Positions 46,878 to 55,130 of a stretch of 64,000 nt of DNA are shown piece after piece (position 1 is the first letter of the stretch; each line of letters opens with the position of its first letter). Origin of the DNA: Burkholderiales bacterium (GTDB lineage Bacteria > Pseudomonadota > Gammaproteobacteria > Burkholderiales > JAHFRG01); contig DASPRE010000066.1 in assembly GCA_035624615.1 (NCBI GenBank), positions 16,555 through 80,554 of the forward strand. Reading direction: 5' to 3'. A program made the translations under genes and the position numbers. The notes below the pieces were generated by a model, which worked only from the letters and a program-made list of their open reading frames with translations, was not told the origin of the DNA and did no database searches.

Positions 46878-47471
46878 ATGAAATTAAACGTACCTAACCT
46901 AATTACGTGGCTGCGCATTCTTCTGATTCCGCTGTTTGTCGGAATCTTCTGGATTTCCGATACCGCCCTGAGCATGCATAACAAGAACCTGCTCGCAACG
47001 GCGATTTTTGCCGTGGCTGCAATTAGCGACTGGCTCGATGGTTATCTCGCGCGCACGCTCAACCAGACTTCGGCCTTTGGTGCATTTCTCGATCCAGTCG
47101 CAGACAAACTTATGGTAGTGGCAGCATTGATCATCTTAGTTTCGCTCAAAGACAATCAAGACGGCAGCAGCCGCGTAGATGTGCTGATCGCATTCATCAT
47201 TATCGGACGTGAGATCACGGTATCCGCGCTGCGTGAATGGATGGCCAAGATCGGCGCAAGCAAAAGCGTGGCAGTGTCTTTCCTGGGAAAGATCAAAACC
47301 GTTTCACAAATGGCGGCAATACTTCTGCTGCTTTATCACGATAAATTATTCTCGGTGATGGATACCCAGTTGATTGGCACATGGTTGATTTACGTTGCCG
47401 CAGTTTTGACTTTGTGGTCAATGGCCTACTATTTAAAGAAAGCCGTGCCGCGGGCGTTGAAACACTCATGA
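46878..47471 (+). CDS. pgsA: CDP-diacylglycerol--glycerol-3-phosphate 3-phosphatidyltransferase
   Basis: The start was trimmed to ATG 46878 (MKLNVPNLITWLRI). It has the CDP-alcohol transferase motif DWLDGYLAR...GAFLDPVADK. Confidence 0.92.
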   Translation: MKLNVPNLITWLRILLIPLFVGIFWISDTALSMHNKNLLATAIFAVAAISDWLDGYLARTLNQTSAFGAFLDPVADKLMVVAALIILVSLKDNQDGSSRVDVLIAFIIIGREITVSALREWMAKIGASKSVAVSFLGKIKTVSQMAAILLLLYHDKLFSVMDTQLIGTWLIYVAAVLTLWSMAYYLKKAVPRALKHS

Positions 47472-47521
47472 CCATCCTTGACTTTAACGACCGGCTTCAT
47501 ATAATGCAAAATCTGTTTTTT

Positions 47522-47596
47522 GCGGGAATAGCTCAGTGGTAGAGCACAACCTTGCCAAGGTTGGGGTCGCGAGTTCGAGCCTCGTTTCCCGCTCCA
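47522..47596 (+). tRNA. tRNA-Gly (anticodon GCC)
   Basis: The cloverleaf was folded by hand. The acceptor is GCGGGAA/TTCCCGC, the anticodon loop is CTTGCCAAG, the T-loop is GTTCGAGC, and CCA is encoded. Confidence 0.9.
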
Positions 47597-47602
47597 ATTC
47601 CA

Positions 47603-47639
47603 GGGAAAACGAACAAAACTATCGAAATTTCGTTTTCCC
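47603..47639 (+). other. Perfect 11-bp inverted repeat hairpin in the tRNA-Gly/tRNA-Cys spacer
   Basis: GGGAAAACGAA (47603-47613) and TTCGTTTTCCC (47629-47639) are exact reverse complements with a 15-nt loop. They are followed by CTTTTCAATTTT. Confidence 0.6.
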
Positions 47640-47666
47640 TTTTCAATTTTGATGATAAATAAATAC

Positions 47667-47740
47667 GGCGGGGTGGCAGAGTGGTCATGCAGCGGCCTGC
47701 AAAGCCGTGGACGCCGGTTCGATTCCGACCCCCGCCTCCA
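47667..47740 (+). tRNA. tRNA-Cys (anticodon GCA)
   Basis: The acceptor is GGCGGGG/CCCCGCC, the anticodon loop is CCTGCAAAG, the T-loop is GGTTCGATTCC, and CCA is encoded. Confidence 0.9.
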
Positions 47741-47885
47741 GTACAATTGAAATTATCACGACCTGGATGGAGCAAGTGACAAGTCACCGCAAAAACTCCG
47801 AGCAGCGATAAAAAGCGGACGTATTCGCTTGCGTCATTCATCCCAATGGAATTCGCTTCCAGAGCTCTCGTAGAATCACATTTTT

Positions 47886-47976
47886 GCCCGGATGGTGGAA
47901 TTGGTAGACACAAGGGACTTAAAATCCCTCGGGCTCTAACCAGCCCGTGCCGGTTCGACTCCGGCTCCGGGCACCA
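47886..47976 (+). tRNA. tRNA-Leu (anticodon UAA), class II with long variable arm
   Basis: The acceptor is GCCCGGA/TCCGGGC. The anticodon stem-loop is AGGGA-CTTAAAA-TCCCT. The variable arm is GGGCT...AGCCC, the T-loop is GGTTCGACTCC, and CCA is encoded. Confidence 0.85.
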
Positions 47977-48095
47977 AACCAGCCTTCAGTAACTTCTTAT
48001 TTATCAGGCTCTGACATTCGGCCGACGATGGTAACTTTGCACCCGGTGTCCGATTGGAAGCAGTCTGGCCGTTAAAACTATACTCGACGGGTTTT

Positions 48096-50543
48096 TTATG
48101 ACTTTGCCAGCCGTGACCTATAAACAAGCGCCGCAGGCAGCAGTAATACAGCGGTAAGCAGGCACATGATCTCTCCGAGTACCGCAACGATTCCAAAAGA
48201 GAAAAGAGCTTGATTCCTTGCGGCAAGCAAGGATCCGTAGCCGAGTATGGTAGTGAAGGAGCAGAGTGCTACTGCGCCACCGGTCTTGCTTACGATCGCA
48301 GCGACATCTGAGGGATTCTCGCGAAATCGCTGCAGCACATTGATGGCGTATTCGACACCAATGCCAAAAGTAATCGGAAACGCCATGAAGTTGAGAAAGT
48401 TGATGCGGATATCAAGCGCGATGACGGCTCCAGCGAGCAGTGTCACACCGGCCAGAAGTGCTGCCAGCACATTCAGTGCTTGACGGCGCACTCGAAAGAG
48501 CACTAACACGACAACAACTACGCCGGCAAACGAGGCCAAGGTGGTAGGTAACGCCTCACGATTGAGAGCTTCCAAAATCTCGGCAGACACGAAGAAGCCG
48601 CCCGCTATCTGCGCCGGTGGCTTCACGCTGTCCGCGATATTCCGCAACGCGGTTGCCGCGTGTATCGTCAGAGCCCCATCCCACGTGGATCCGTTTAGGC
48701 TCTGCAAAAGGATGGAGGTTCGCCCAAACCGCCCGTCCTTTTCCCGCAAACCCAGCGCCAATAGCTCGGGCAGGTCTGCAGCCGAGATCGCTGGCGCATC
48801 AGCGCTCGCCACCATGGACGCCAGTGGTGCCTTGGCATCGCCGGGAAGCGCCGCGCGCACTGCCGGAGTAAGAAGTTTCGCGATGGCCTGAAGTTCTTGG
48901 CGACGTTGTTCCTGATCTGGCGGCAGCATGTCGTCGGGGGTGATCACCAGCGATGTGATCGACAACAATGGCTCATGGCGCGCGTCCTGGCGCAGACGCG
49001 CCGCGATGAGCTGCGCATCTGCTTTAGTGTCGGACATAACAGCAACTGCTGTGAAATTGCGGCCCAACACCGCGTCCATTTTACGCGACCAGTAGGCTTC
49101 ACCATGTATCGCGGAGTCACGGCTACGCAACTTGCTCATGTCGTATTCGATGCGAGAGCTGTTAAATTGAGACGCAGCCAGCAACGATGCCAGCAGTGCA
49201 ACTCCGCCGGCCAAGAGAATCGCACGCGACCGGTATACGACCAGATGTTCAAGCCAATTGCCCAGGGCGGTTGCTAACCCGCGAGTTCGTTCGGGAACTT
49301 GGGAACGGCGATCAATCATGACAAGCATAATGGGCAGCAACAGATAAGTCGCGCACCAACAGGCCAACATACCCAATGAGCCGATAACAGCAAACTCGTT
49401 GAATCCGCGAAATGTCGTGGTCAGGAGCGATGCATAACCCACCGAGGCCGCCACCGTGGCCGCAAGTGTCGCTGACCACGTGCATCGCACGGCCATAATG
49501 ACCGCTTCTGTCGGCGTCGCGCCGCGGCGGCGTTCATCCGTATAGCGAGCGGTCAAAATGATGCCGGAATTAATGCCGTTGCCAGCAACGATGGATCCGA
49601 GGAATGCGGTGCTGCTGCAGAGTGACTTGACAAATAGGGAAGCAATACCAAAACCCCAGGACGTGCCGATTGCGAGCGGAAACGCAATGCACAGAAGCGC
49701 GCCCCACCACCTAAAGAACAGAACGACCGCGCCTGCTATCCCGAAGATTACCAGTACCGCTGAAACACCGATGTCCGATTTCAATGCAGAAAGTTCTTCT
49801 ACGGCGATGGCAACGTCTCCCGCATAGCCAACTTGTAGTCCTTGGGATTCCCGAGCTAGTGAGGCGACCTCCTTCTTGATGTGTTCAAACATCGGCCCGA
49901 TCGTTTCCACACCTGTATCTGCAGTGGCGAGAAACACCAGGACAATGGCCGTGCGACCATCGTTGGAAACGAGACGATCCGCGGGAAAACGACCGGCAAA
50001 AGGGTCCTGTTTCTTCACGCGGTCATGCAGAACCGAAAGGGCTGATTCAGTATTCACAGCGGTTTCAAGCGAAGGGAAAAGCAGTGACGCGCCACTTCGC
50101 TGGAACTCAACTAGATTTGCCATTTGCTCATTCAATTGGCGAAGATCTTTGAGCGGAATATAAAGTGGACCGTATTTACGTACGAATCGCCGCTCGGCGC
50201 TCACATCGGTACGAACGCTGAGAATGAGGTCGGGTCGTGTCGTCGCGTATGCGCGGATGCGGTCGCCCAACTCGGTCGCAAACGCTAGCGGCGGGCCACT
50301 GCTGGTGCCACTTATCACGATTCCCAGATGCTGAGAGCCTTCCATACGCTTGCGCAGCGTCTGGGCACCGCGAACCGCGGGCGAATCGGCCGGCAAGAGT
50401 GCTTCGAGATCAGACCTTAGGTTCGCGTACAGGCGCACGGCGGCGAGTCCAGCTGGAACTGCAGTTGCGAGGGCCAATCCGAGTACGGTGACGCGCAAGC
50501 GGCGGCTCGTCACGAGTTTTTGAATCCACACTGACGCTTTCAT
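48096..50543 (-). CDS. MMPL/RND-superfamily membrane exporter (HpnN-like lipid transporter)
   Basis: 815 aa from ATG 50543. It has two blocks of about 6 TM helices, each preceded by a large soluble loop, which is the MMPL/RND topology. Its ATG overlaps the upstream stop (ATGA). Confidence 0.75.
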   Translation of the reverse strand: MKASVWIQKLVTSRRLRVTVLGLALATAVPAGLAAVRLYANLRSDLEALLPADSPAVRGAQTLRKRMEGSQHLGIVISGTSSGPPLAFATELGDRIRAYATTRPDLILSVRTDVSAERRFVRKYGPLYIPLKDLRQLNEQMANLVEFQRSGASLLFPSLETAVNTESALSVLHDRVKKQDPFAGRFPADRLVSNDGRTAIVLVFLATADTGVETIGPMFEHIKKEVASLARESQGLQVGYAGDVAIAVEELSALKSDIGVSAVLVIFGIAGAVVLFFRWWGALLCIAFPLAIGTSWGFGIASLFVKSLCSSTAFLGSIVAGNGINSGIILTARYTDERRRGATPTEAVIMAVRCTWSATLAATVAASVGYASLLTTTFRGFNEFAVIGSLGMLACWCATYLLLPIMLVMIDRRSQVPERTRGLATALGNWLEHLVVYRSRAILLAGGVALLASLLAASQFNSSRIEYDMSKLRSRDSAIHGEAYWSRKMDAVLGRNFTAVAVMSDTKADAQLIAARLRQDARHEPLLSITSLVITPDDMLPPDQEQRRQELQAIAKLLTPAVRAALPGDAKAPLASMVASADAPAISAADLPELLALGLREKDGRFGRTSILLQSLNGSTWDGALTIHAATALRNIADSVKPPAQIAGGFFVSAEILEALNREALPTTLASFAGVVVVVLVLFRVRRQALNVLAALLAGVTLLAGAVIALDIRINFLNFMAFPITFGIGVEYAINVLQRFRENPSDVAAIVSKTGGAVALCSFTTILGYGSLLAARNQALFSFGIVAVLGEIMCLLTAVLLLPAALVYRSRLAKS

Positions 50544-51889
50544 GAGATGTAATCCATGAGGCGCATGGCGGCAGCCACCGCTCGAACCGCGAGCCCGTGT
50601 AGGGGCTTGCACGGCAGCTTGGGCAGATCGTCTCGGAACCACGCGAGTCCGCCTTCACCCGTGACCGCATCGCTGCGAGCCAGCCGGTCGCTAATCCAGC
50701 TGCCAGCGGCTACGCCCAATGCGAGACCGTGCCCGCACCATCCGATGGCGTGAAGAATATTTGGAGCTTCCGAACACCTGCCGATGGCCGGCAATCCGTC
50801 GAGGACATAGCCGATGGTGCCGCTCCAGCCATGCGAGACCCGGATGCCTTCGCGAGCCAAGTCTGGAAAAGTTGCGAAGAGAAGGTGCCGCAGGCCTTTT
50901 AACGTGCGCGCCGGAATTCGTTCCGCGCGCGCGTTTTCGACCGGGCAGAACCGTGGCGGACCTCCACCGAAAATGAGGCGATTATCGCTCGATAGCCGAA
51001 AGTAACTGAATATTCGACGCGCCTCCACTACGCCCTCCCGGCCGGCCCATCCAATGTTGGCCAGCAAGGTGGTGGGTATCGGCTCAGTAGCGAGCGCCTG
51101 CAATTGCAGCGCTATGATGCGACGACAAGGCCGCCCCAAATTGGGCGCGTAACCGGCGGTGGCAAGCACAGCCTGATCGGCAATCACCTTTCCGCCACCC
51201 ACTAGCGACAAGCATGCCTTGCCGTCGTCGGCACCACCGGTCAAAGCGCGCACCGGGCTGCATTCAAAAATGCGCGCACCACGAACTGTCGCTGCCCTGG
51301 CGAGTCCAGCCACCAGCTTTCCGGGATGCACGATCCCAGCAAGGGGCAGCCGAAGCGCCGCGGGCCCGTCAATTCCATTGCCCGGTCTAGGAGGCAACCG
51401 TATGTATTTCGCCAAGCGGTTGTCAAATAGCGACTCGACCAACAATCCGCGGGCGTTAAGCCAATCTGCCTGAGCGGATAGGCGGCGACGCCCGGCGGCG
51501 GAACGCGCCCAAAGAATCTGACCGGTAAGAGACAGGTCGCAATCGATATGTTCCGTTGCGATAAGATCGCCAACCATTTTGACGGCGCGCAGTGTGGCTC
51601 GATAGAGCGCCTCCGCACCGACATCGCCTAGCCGCTTGATCAATGCGAGCAGATCTTGGCCTACCCCGGGCCCCAACATACCGGTGTTGCGACCCGAGGC
51701 ACCAGAACCTACAGTCCCGGCCTCCAGCACTACCACGTGAAGAGTCGGATAACGTAACAGCAAGTGATAAGCGGTCGACAACCCGGTGACGCCGCCACCT
51801 ACAATCGCGACGTCGGCACGAATGGTTTCCTGCGGGAAACTCTCATACCGCACGCGCGAAATCTCGTTCCAAACAGGAGACTCAATCAT
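50540..51889 (-). CDS. FAD-dependent oxidoreductase, DAO (glycine/D-amino-acid/amine oxidase) family
   Basis: 449 aa. It has the N-terminal dinucleotide fold ADVAIVGGGVTGLSTAYHL...LEAGTVGSGASGRNTG and the C-terminal GHGLALG typical of the DAO family. Confidence 0.75.
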   Translation of the reverse strand: MIESPVWNEISRVRYESFPQETIRADVAIVGGGVTGLSTAYHLLLRYPTLHVVVLEAGTVGSGASGRNTGMLGPGVGQDLLALIKRLGDVGAEALYRATLRAVKMVGDLIATEHIDCDLSLTGQILWARSAAGRRRLSAQADWLNARGLLVESLFDNRLAKYIRLPPRPGNGIDGPAALRLPLAGIVHPGKLVAGLARAATVRGARIFECSPVRALTGGADDGKACLSLVGGGKVIADQAVLATAGYAPNLGRPCRRIIALQLQALATEPIPTTLLANIGWAGREGVVEARRIFSYFRLSSDNRLIFGGGPPRFCPVENARAERIPARTLKGLRHLLFATFPDLAREGIRVSHGWSGTIGYVLDGLPAIGRCSEAPNILHAIGWCGHGLALGVAAGSWISDRLARSDAVTGEGGLAWFRDDLPKLPCKPLHGLAVRAVAAAMRLMDYIS

Positions 51890-51977
51890 GGCGATTCCCG
51901 GGTAAAATGTGGATTCCGAAAATTCGCTGCCACCAGATACTCATCTTGTGTCTGCGATAGTCAACCGGCTTCCAAAT

Positions 51978-52913
51978 TCATCGCACCTTTATCCGTAGCG
52001 ACCGCGGAAGAAGTCTTAACTGGGCCGGCAGGCGGCCAACACTTTCGCCGTCAAGCTCCAGCAGCACCCGGGAAGGACTTGTGGCAGCCACTTGGCACGC
52101 TCGAAATAGTTGGGTGCCTGCTTCGTGAACATGAGCACCGTTGTATAAGGATCGTCGCTTGCTGATAAAATCCAGCACGCCGAAACCTGACCACAGTGTC
52201 ACATCGAATTTCCCATCATCGATCGAGGCATGCGGGGCGACATTTATGCCACCACCGAAATACTGGCCATTGCAAATCGCGCAGTTGGTAACTGAATATT
52301 CGTGTGCTGGTTCGTCGTTCAAAGCTACTGTGACGATTTGATCGTGGTAGACGAGCAAGCTCCGCACTGTCGCCAGAGTAAAAGCTAATGAGCCGCTGGC
52401 GCGCTTGAGCGTCGGAGTGACCACGCGGGCGACTTGTCCGCTGCAGCCAAATGAAGCAACGTTGAGAAAGACTCTCTCCACGGTCTTTCCGTTGTGATCG
52501 ATGTAACTGGCGTGTCCCACATCAATGGATCTGTTCTCGCGACCACCTAGTCGTGCACACGCCTCGTGGAGGCTGGATGCGCCGAGGGTCCTGGCAAAGT
52601 CGGAACCCGTGCCCTGTGCGACAATTCCCAGAACCGCAGCCGGTGCTACTGCGCGACCATCCTGAAAGAAGCCGCACACGACCTCGTTTAAGGTTCCGTC
52701 CCCGCCAACCGCCACAATCATCTCAAAGCCGTCTTGAAGTGCCCGGTTGGCTAAACTCGTCGCGTGTAATGGTCCTGCGGTAAAGGCGTGCTCGAAAGGG
52801 CCAATCGCGTCGCCAATCAATGAACCTATTTGTCCCCAACGTCGGCCGGTGGCGCCGCCGGCAGAGGCCGGATTGACGATGACCATCGCGCGCAGTCTGT
52901 CCCCGTTGGACAT
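51978..52913 (-). CDS. Diacylglycerol-kinase-family lipid kinase (YegS/BmrU/sphingosine-kinase-like; same family as VlmJ)
   Basis: 311 aa. It has the DAGK catalytic domain (AMVIVNPASAGG..., IVAVGGDGTLNEV, LGIVAQGTGSDFAR). Confidence 0.8.
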   Translation of the reverse strand: MSNGDRLRAMVIVNPASAGGATGRRWGQIGSLIGDAIGPFEHAFTAGPLHATSLANRALQDGFEMIVAVGGDGTLNEVVCGFFQDGRAVAPAAVLGIVAQGTGSDFARTLGASSLHEACARLGGRENRSIDVGHASYIDHNGKTVERVFLNVASFGCSGQVARVVTPTLKRASGSLAFTLATVRSLLVYHDQIVTVALNDEPAHEYSVTNCAICNGQYFGGGINVAPHASIDDGKFDVTLWSGFGVLDFISKRRSLYNGAHVHEAGTQLFRACQVAATSPSRVLLELDGESVGRLPAQLRLLPRSLRIKVR

Positions 52914-52919
52914 CGCAAC

Positions 52920-54011
52920 TTATAAGGACCGAGTCAGGAATAGAAGATCAAAGACGGCGCGCACCGATAAAGGATTAGCGGCCAGGTATTCGCGCTCAAT
53001 AATGTCCGGTGTCCACTTGAGCTTATAGTGTGCTTGGCTCGCCGCCGGATAGATGGCAGCCCCATACCGGTACAGGAGGGGCACTGCCCAGGCGGCCAAG
53101 CGGTTCGCACCCGGAAACTCAGGGCCTCCTACGACAAATGGCGTGAAGCCAAAATGCAGATACGGCGCACCCTCAGAGATCATGACCTCGATCGCCCGTG
53201 CATTACAAAGTTCCAGGGCACCGGGCGGAGCGGAGGGTAGCCGCCGACTTAGGTCATGCAGGTAACCCGGTGCGCGCCCCCAGGAGGGAACGTAGGTGAT
53301 GAAGGCCACGCACCGGTCAGTCGGATCAATGGCTGCAAAAATCCGCCGACGCGCGTCTTCTGGCGGACCGATCTCGCCAATCATGAAATCAAGTTCCTTC
53401 TTGTTCTTGGCCTTGAGCCACTCCGCACTTACTTCATGCAGCTCGCCGAACGTCATTTCGTTGCGAGGCCAATCCACGCCAAACTCAACGGCCCTCAGGC
53501 CAGATGCCCGGGCACGACTGATTTTGTTGCGCAACTGCATTTTCCTTGTGCCGCGGAGCGTGAAGTTTCTCAGTGAAAGGCCAAAACTAGTGCCGACCTG
53601 GTTGATCGAGAATCCGCGATCGCTAAACAGCTGCACCTGCTCAGCACGCAACTGAACAACCAGCACGCGCCGCCGGCGGCTGGACGCAAAGGCGAGTAAA
53701 TGGTCAAGCAAAACGCCCCGCTGTGATTGGGGCGCCTGGACTCCACCCAGGGCAATCACATGTCGCCCCTGTTCCCTAAAGGAAATGAATCCGCTGATTC
53801 CCGGTACTGTGAAATGTTGATTCCTCGAAGAAAGCGTAAGAAAGCCGGATGGATGATCAATCAGATCCTCCATGGATTCCTCGCGTCGGGGCAAAATCAT
53901 ATTACTGGTCGCGAGCGCCACATCCTGCTCCTTGGTGGTGATGAATGGCCGAGCATGCGTTCTGAAAGGCTGTGGATAGGTGGCCGGACGGGACTTTTGG
54001 GTCGTCAGCAT
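52920..54011 (-). CDS. Standalone MprF C-terminal-type domain protein (DUF2156/LPG_synthase_C; aminoacyl-tRNA-dependent transferase fold; same family as VlmA)
   Basis: It aligns by eye with the S. aureus MprF C-domain, recalled from memory. The aligned segments are NFTLRGTRKMQLRNKISRARASG, VSAEWLKAKNKKELDFMIG, HDLSRRLPSAPPGALE and HYKLKWTPD..REYLA. There are no TM/flippase segments. ATG 53873, preceded by GAGGAA, is an alternative start. Confidence 0.8.
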   Translation of the reverse strand: MLTTQKSRPATYPQPFRTHARPFITTKEQDVALATSNMILPRREESMEDLIDHPSGFLTLSSRNQHFTVPGISGFISFREQGRHVIALGGVQAPQSQRGVLLDHLLAFASSRRRRVLVVQLRAEQVQLFSDRGFSINQVGTSFGLSLRNFTLRGTRKMQLRNKISRARASGLRAVEFGVDWPRNEMTFGELHEVSAEWLKAKNKKELDFMIGEIGPPEDARRRIFAAIDPTDRCVAFITYVPSWGRAPGYLHDLSRRLPSAPPGALELCNARAIEVMISEGAPYLHFGFTPFVVGGPEFPGANRLAAWAVPLLYRYGAAIYPAASQAHYKLKWTPDIIEREYLAANPLSVRAVFDLLFLTRSL

Positions 54012-54065
54012 CGGGCACAGGCGTGCTAACCCAGCAGCGATAATCCCTCGGTCGGATAATTAGCA

Positions 54066-55130
54066 TCAGCGCCCAACTGCACCAACATTAAGTGCCTGCG
54101 CCAATGCCGGCGTTCGACGCACGCGCCAGATTCTGGCGTCAACTAGGTAGTGGTGAAACGCGACCCCCCAACACAGGCCAAGCACAACGTTACGGGCCGT
54201 TTCATTAGTCAGGGCGACCGCGGCAGGGACTCGTAGCCCATACCAAACGAGGCCAAGCAGTAATCCGCCCGCAAGGTAAGGGACGAGGCCACCCAAGGGG
54301 CGGCGGCCGCGACCCGCTTCGTACTGCCAAACGATGCGATGGTATTGGAGGTTGTGGAAAATGGTGAGCGTGGCGAGGATAGTGAGCAAATGAGAGAGCA
54401 GAGCGAATACCAGCACGTGAAACACGATCACAATGGTCAGCAGCAAGTGTTTTGGCCCAGGACGGAACTGCCCGTATCGGCCAGTAACTGCAAGCAACAC
54501 GGCCGCTCCCATTAACAAGCAGAACGCCACATCCAAAATGAATGCTAATTGGGGCAGAAGAGCAACGGGGACGAGTTGCGGCAGCCCACTGTGAAGGTAT
54601 GCTTCGCTAAGAGAAAAGCGCAAAAACGGATAAAGGCAGCCGACCCAAAGAATAAAGGAATCGAGCAATTGGCCGCGCCGATTATTTTCGCCGGCTCGCC
54701 TGCGATAAAGCACGAGAAAACCGTAATGCTGCCTCACTAGATGCCAGTAGGCCCATAGGTAGGCAGCGAGGAGAAAATAGCTGAATAGTGCCCCCCGCAG
54801 CTGTAGCGCTGCATCGGCGACTGCGAGAGCCGGGCCAAGCGCGAAGATCAGCCACCACCGGGGCTTGGGAATTCCGGCTCTGGAATTCGTGTCGGGAGCG
54901 AGATAGCTGCGCGCATAAGTGGCCCAAACGTGCGTGCCATCGAACAGCACCCCCCATAAAAAGACGACAAGAATGACCGGATCGCTCGGGGAAAGCTGCG
55001 CACTATCGGGAAAGGGAGCGGCAGCAAAAAAGGCCAGCAGAATAATCCCGGCAATGACCGAGCCCTGAAACCAGAGCAAGTCATCGCGCCGCGAAATTAT
55101 CCATGGCGAGGAAGGGTCATTGCTAACCAT
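54066..55130 (-). CDS. Polytopic membrane protein of unknown function with four conserved-looking His/Trp motifs
   Basis: 354 aa from ATG 55130, with an 8-nt overlap onto the upstream gene. It has about 8-9 hydrophobic segments. The motifs are FDGTHVWATY, WHLVRQHYGF, FHNLQYHRIVW and FHHYLVDARIWR. Confidence 0.6.
   Translation of the reverse strand: MVSNDPSSPWIISRRDDLLWFQGSVIAGIILLAFFAAAPFPDSAQLSPSDPVILVVFLWGVLFDGTHVWATYARSYLAPDTNSRAGIPKPRWWLIFALGPALAVADAALQLRGALFSYFLLAAYLWAYWHLVRQHYGFLVLYRRRAGENNRRGQLLDSFILWVGCLYPFLRFSLSEAYLHSGLPQLVPVALLPQLAFILDVAFCLLMGAAVLLAVTGRYGQFRPGPKHLLLTIVIVFHVLVFALLSHLLTILATLTIFHNLQYHRIVWQYEAGRGRRPLGGLVPYLAGGLLLGLVWYGLRVPAAVALTNETARNVVLGLCWGVAFHHYLVDARIWRVRRTPALAQALNVGAVGR

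Noticed and set aside
47977-48095. I looked for an integrase, an att-type direct repeat of the tRNA-Leu 3' end, IS elements and CRISPR repeats at the island borders (also 63040-63152).
   Set aside because: I found no recombinase or transposase ORF and no repeat by eye. I therefore do not annotate a mobile element, only a compositional island. An exact-repeat search should confirm this.
47429-48226. Three minus-strand ORFs (47429-47746, 47533-47913, 47936-48226) spanning the tRNA region.
   Set aside because: They run antisense across three well-folded tRNA genes and their spacers. They have no motifs, so they are chance ORFs.
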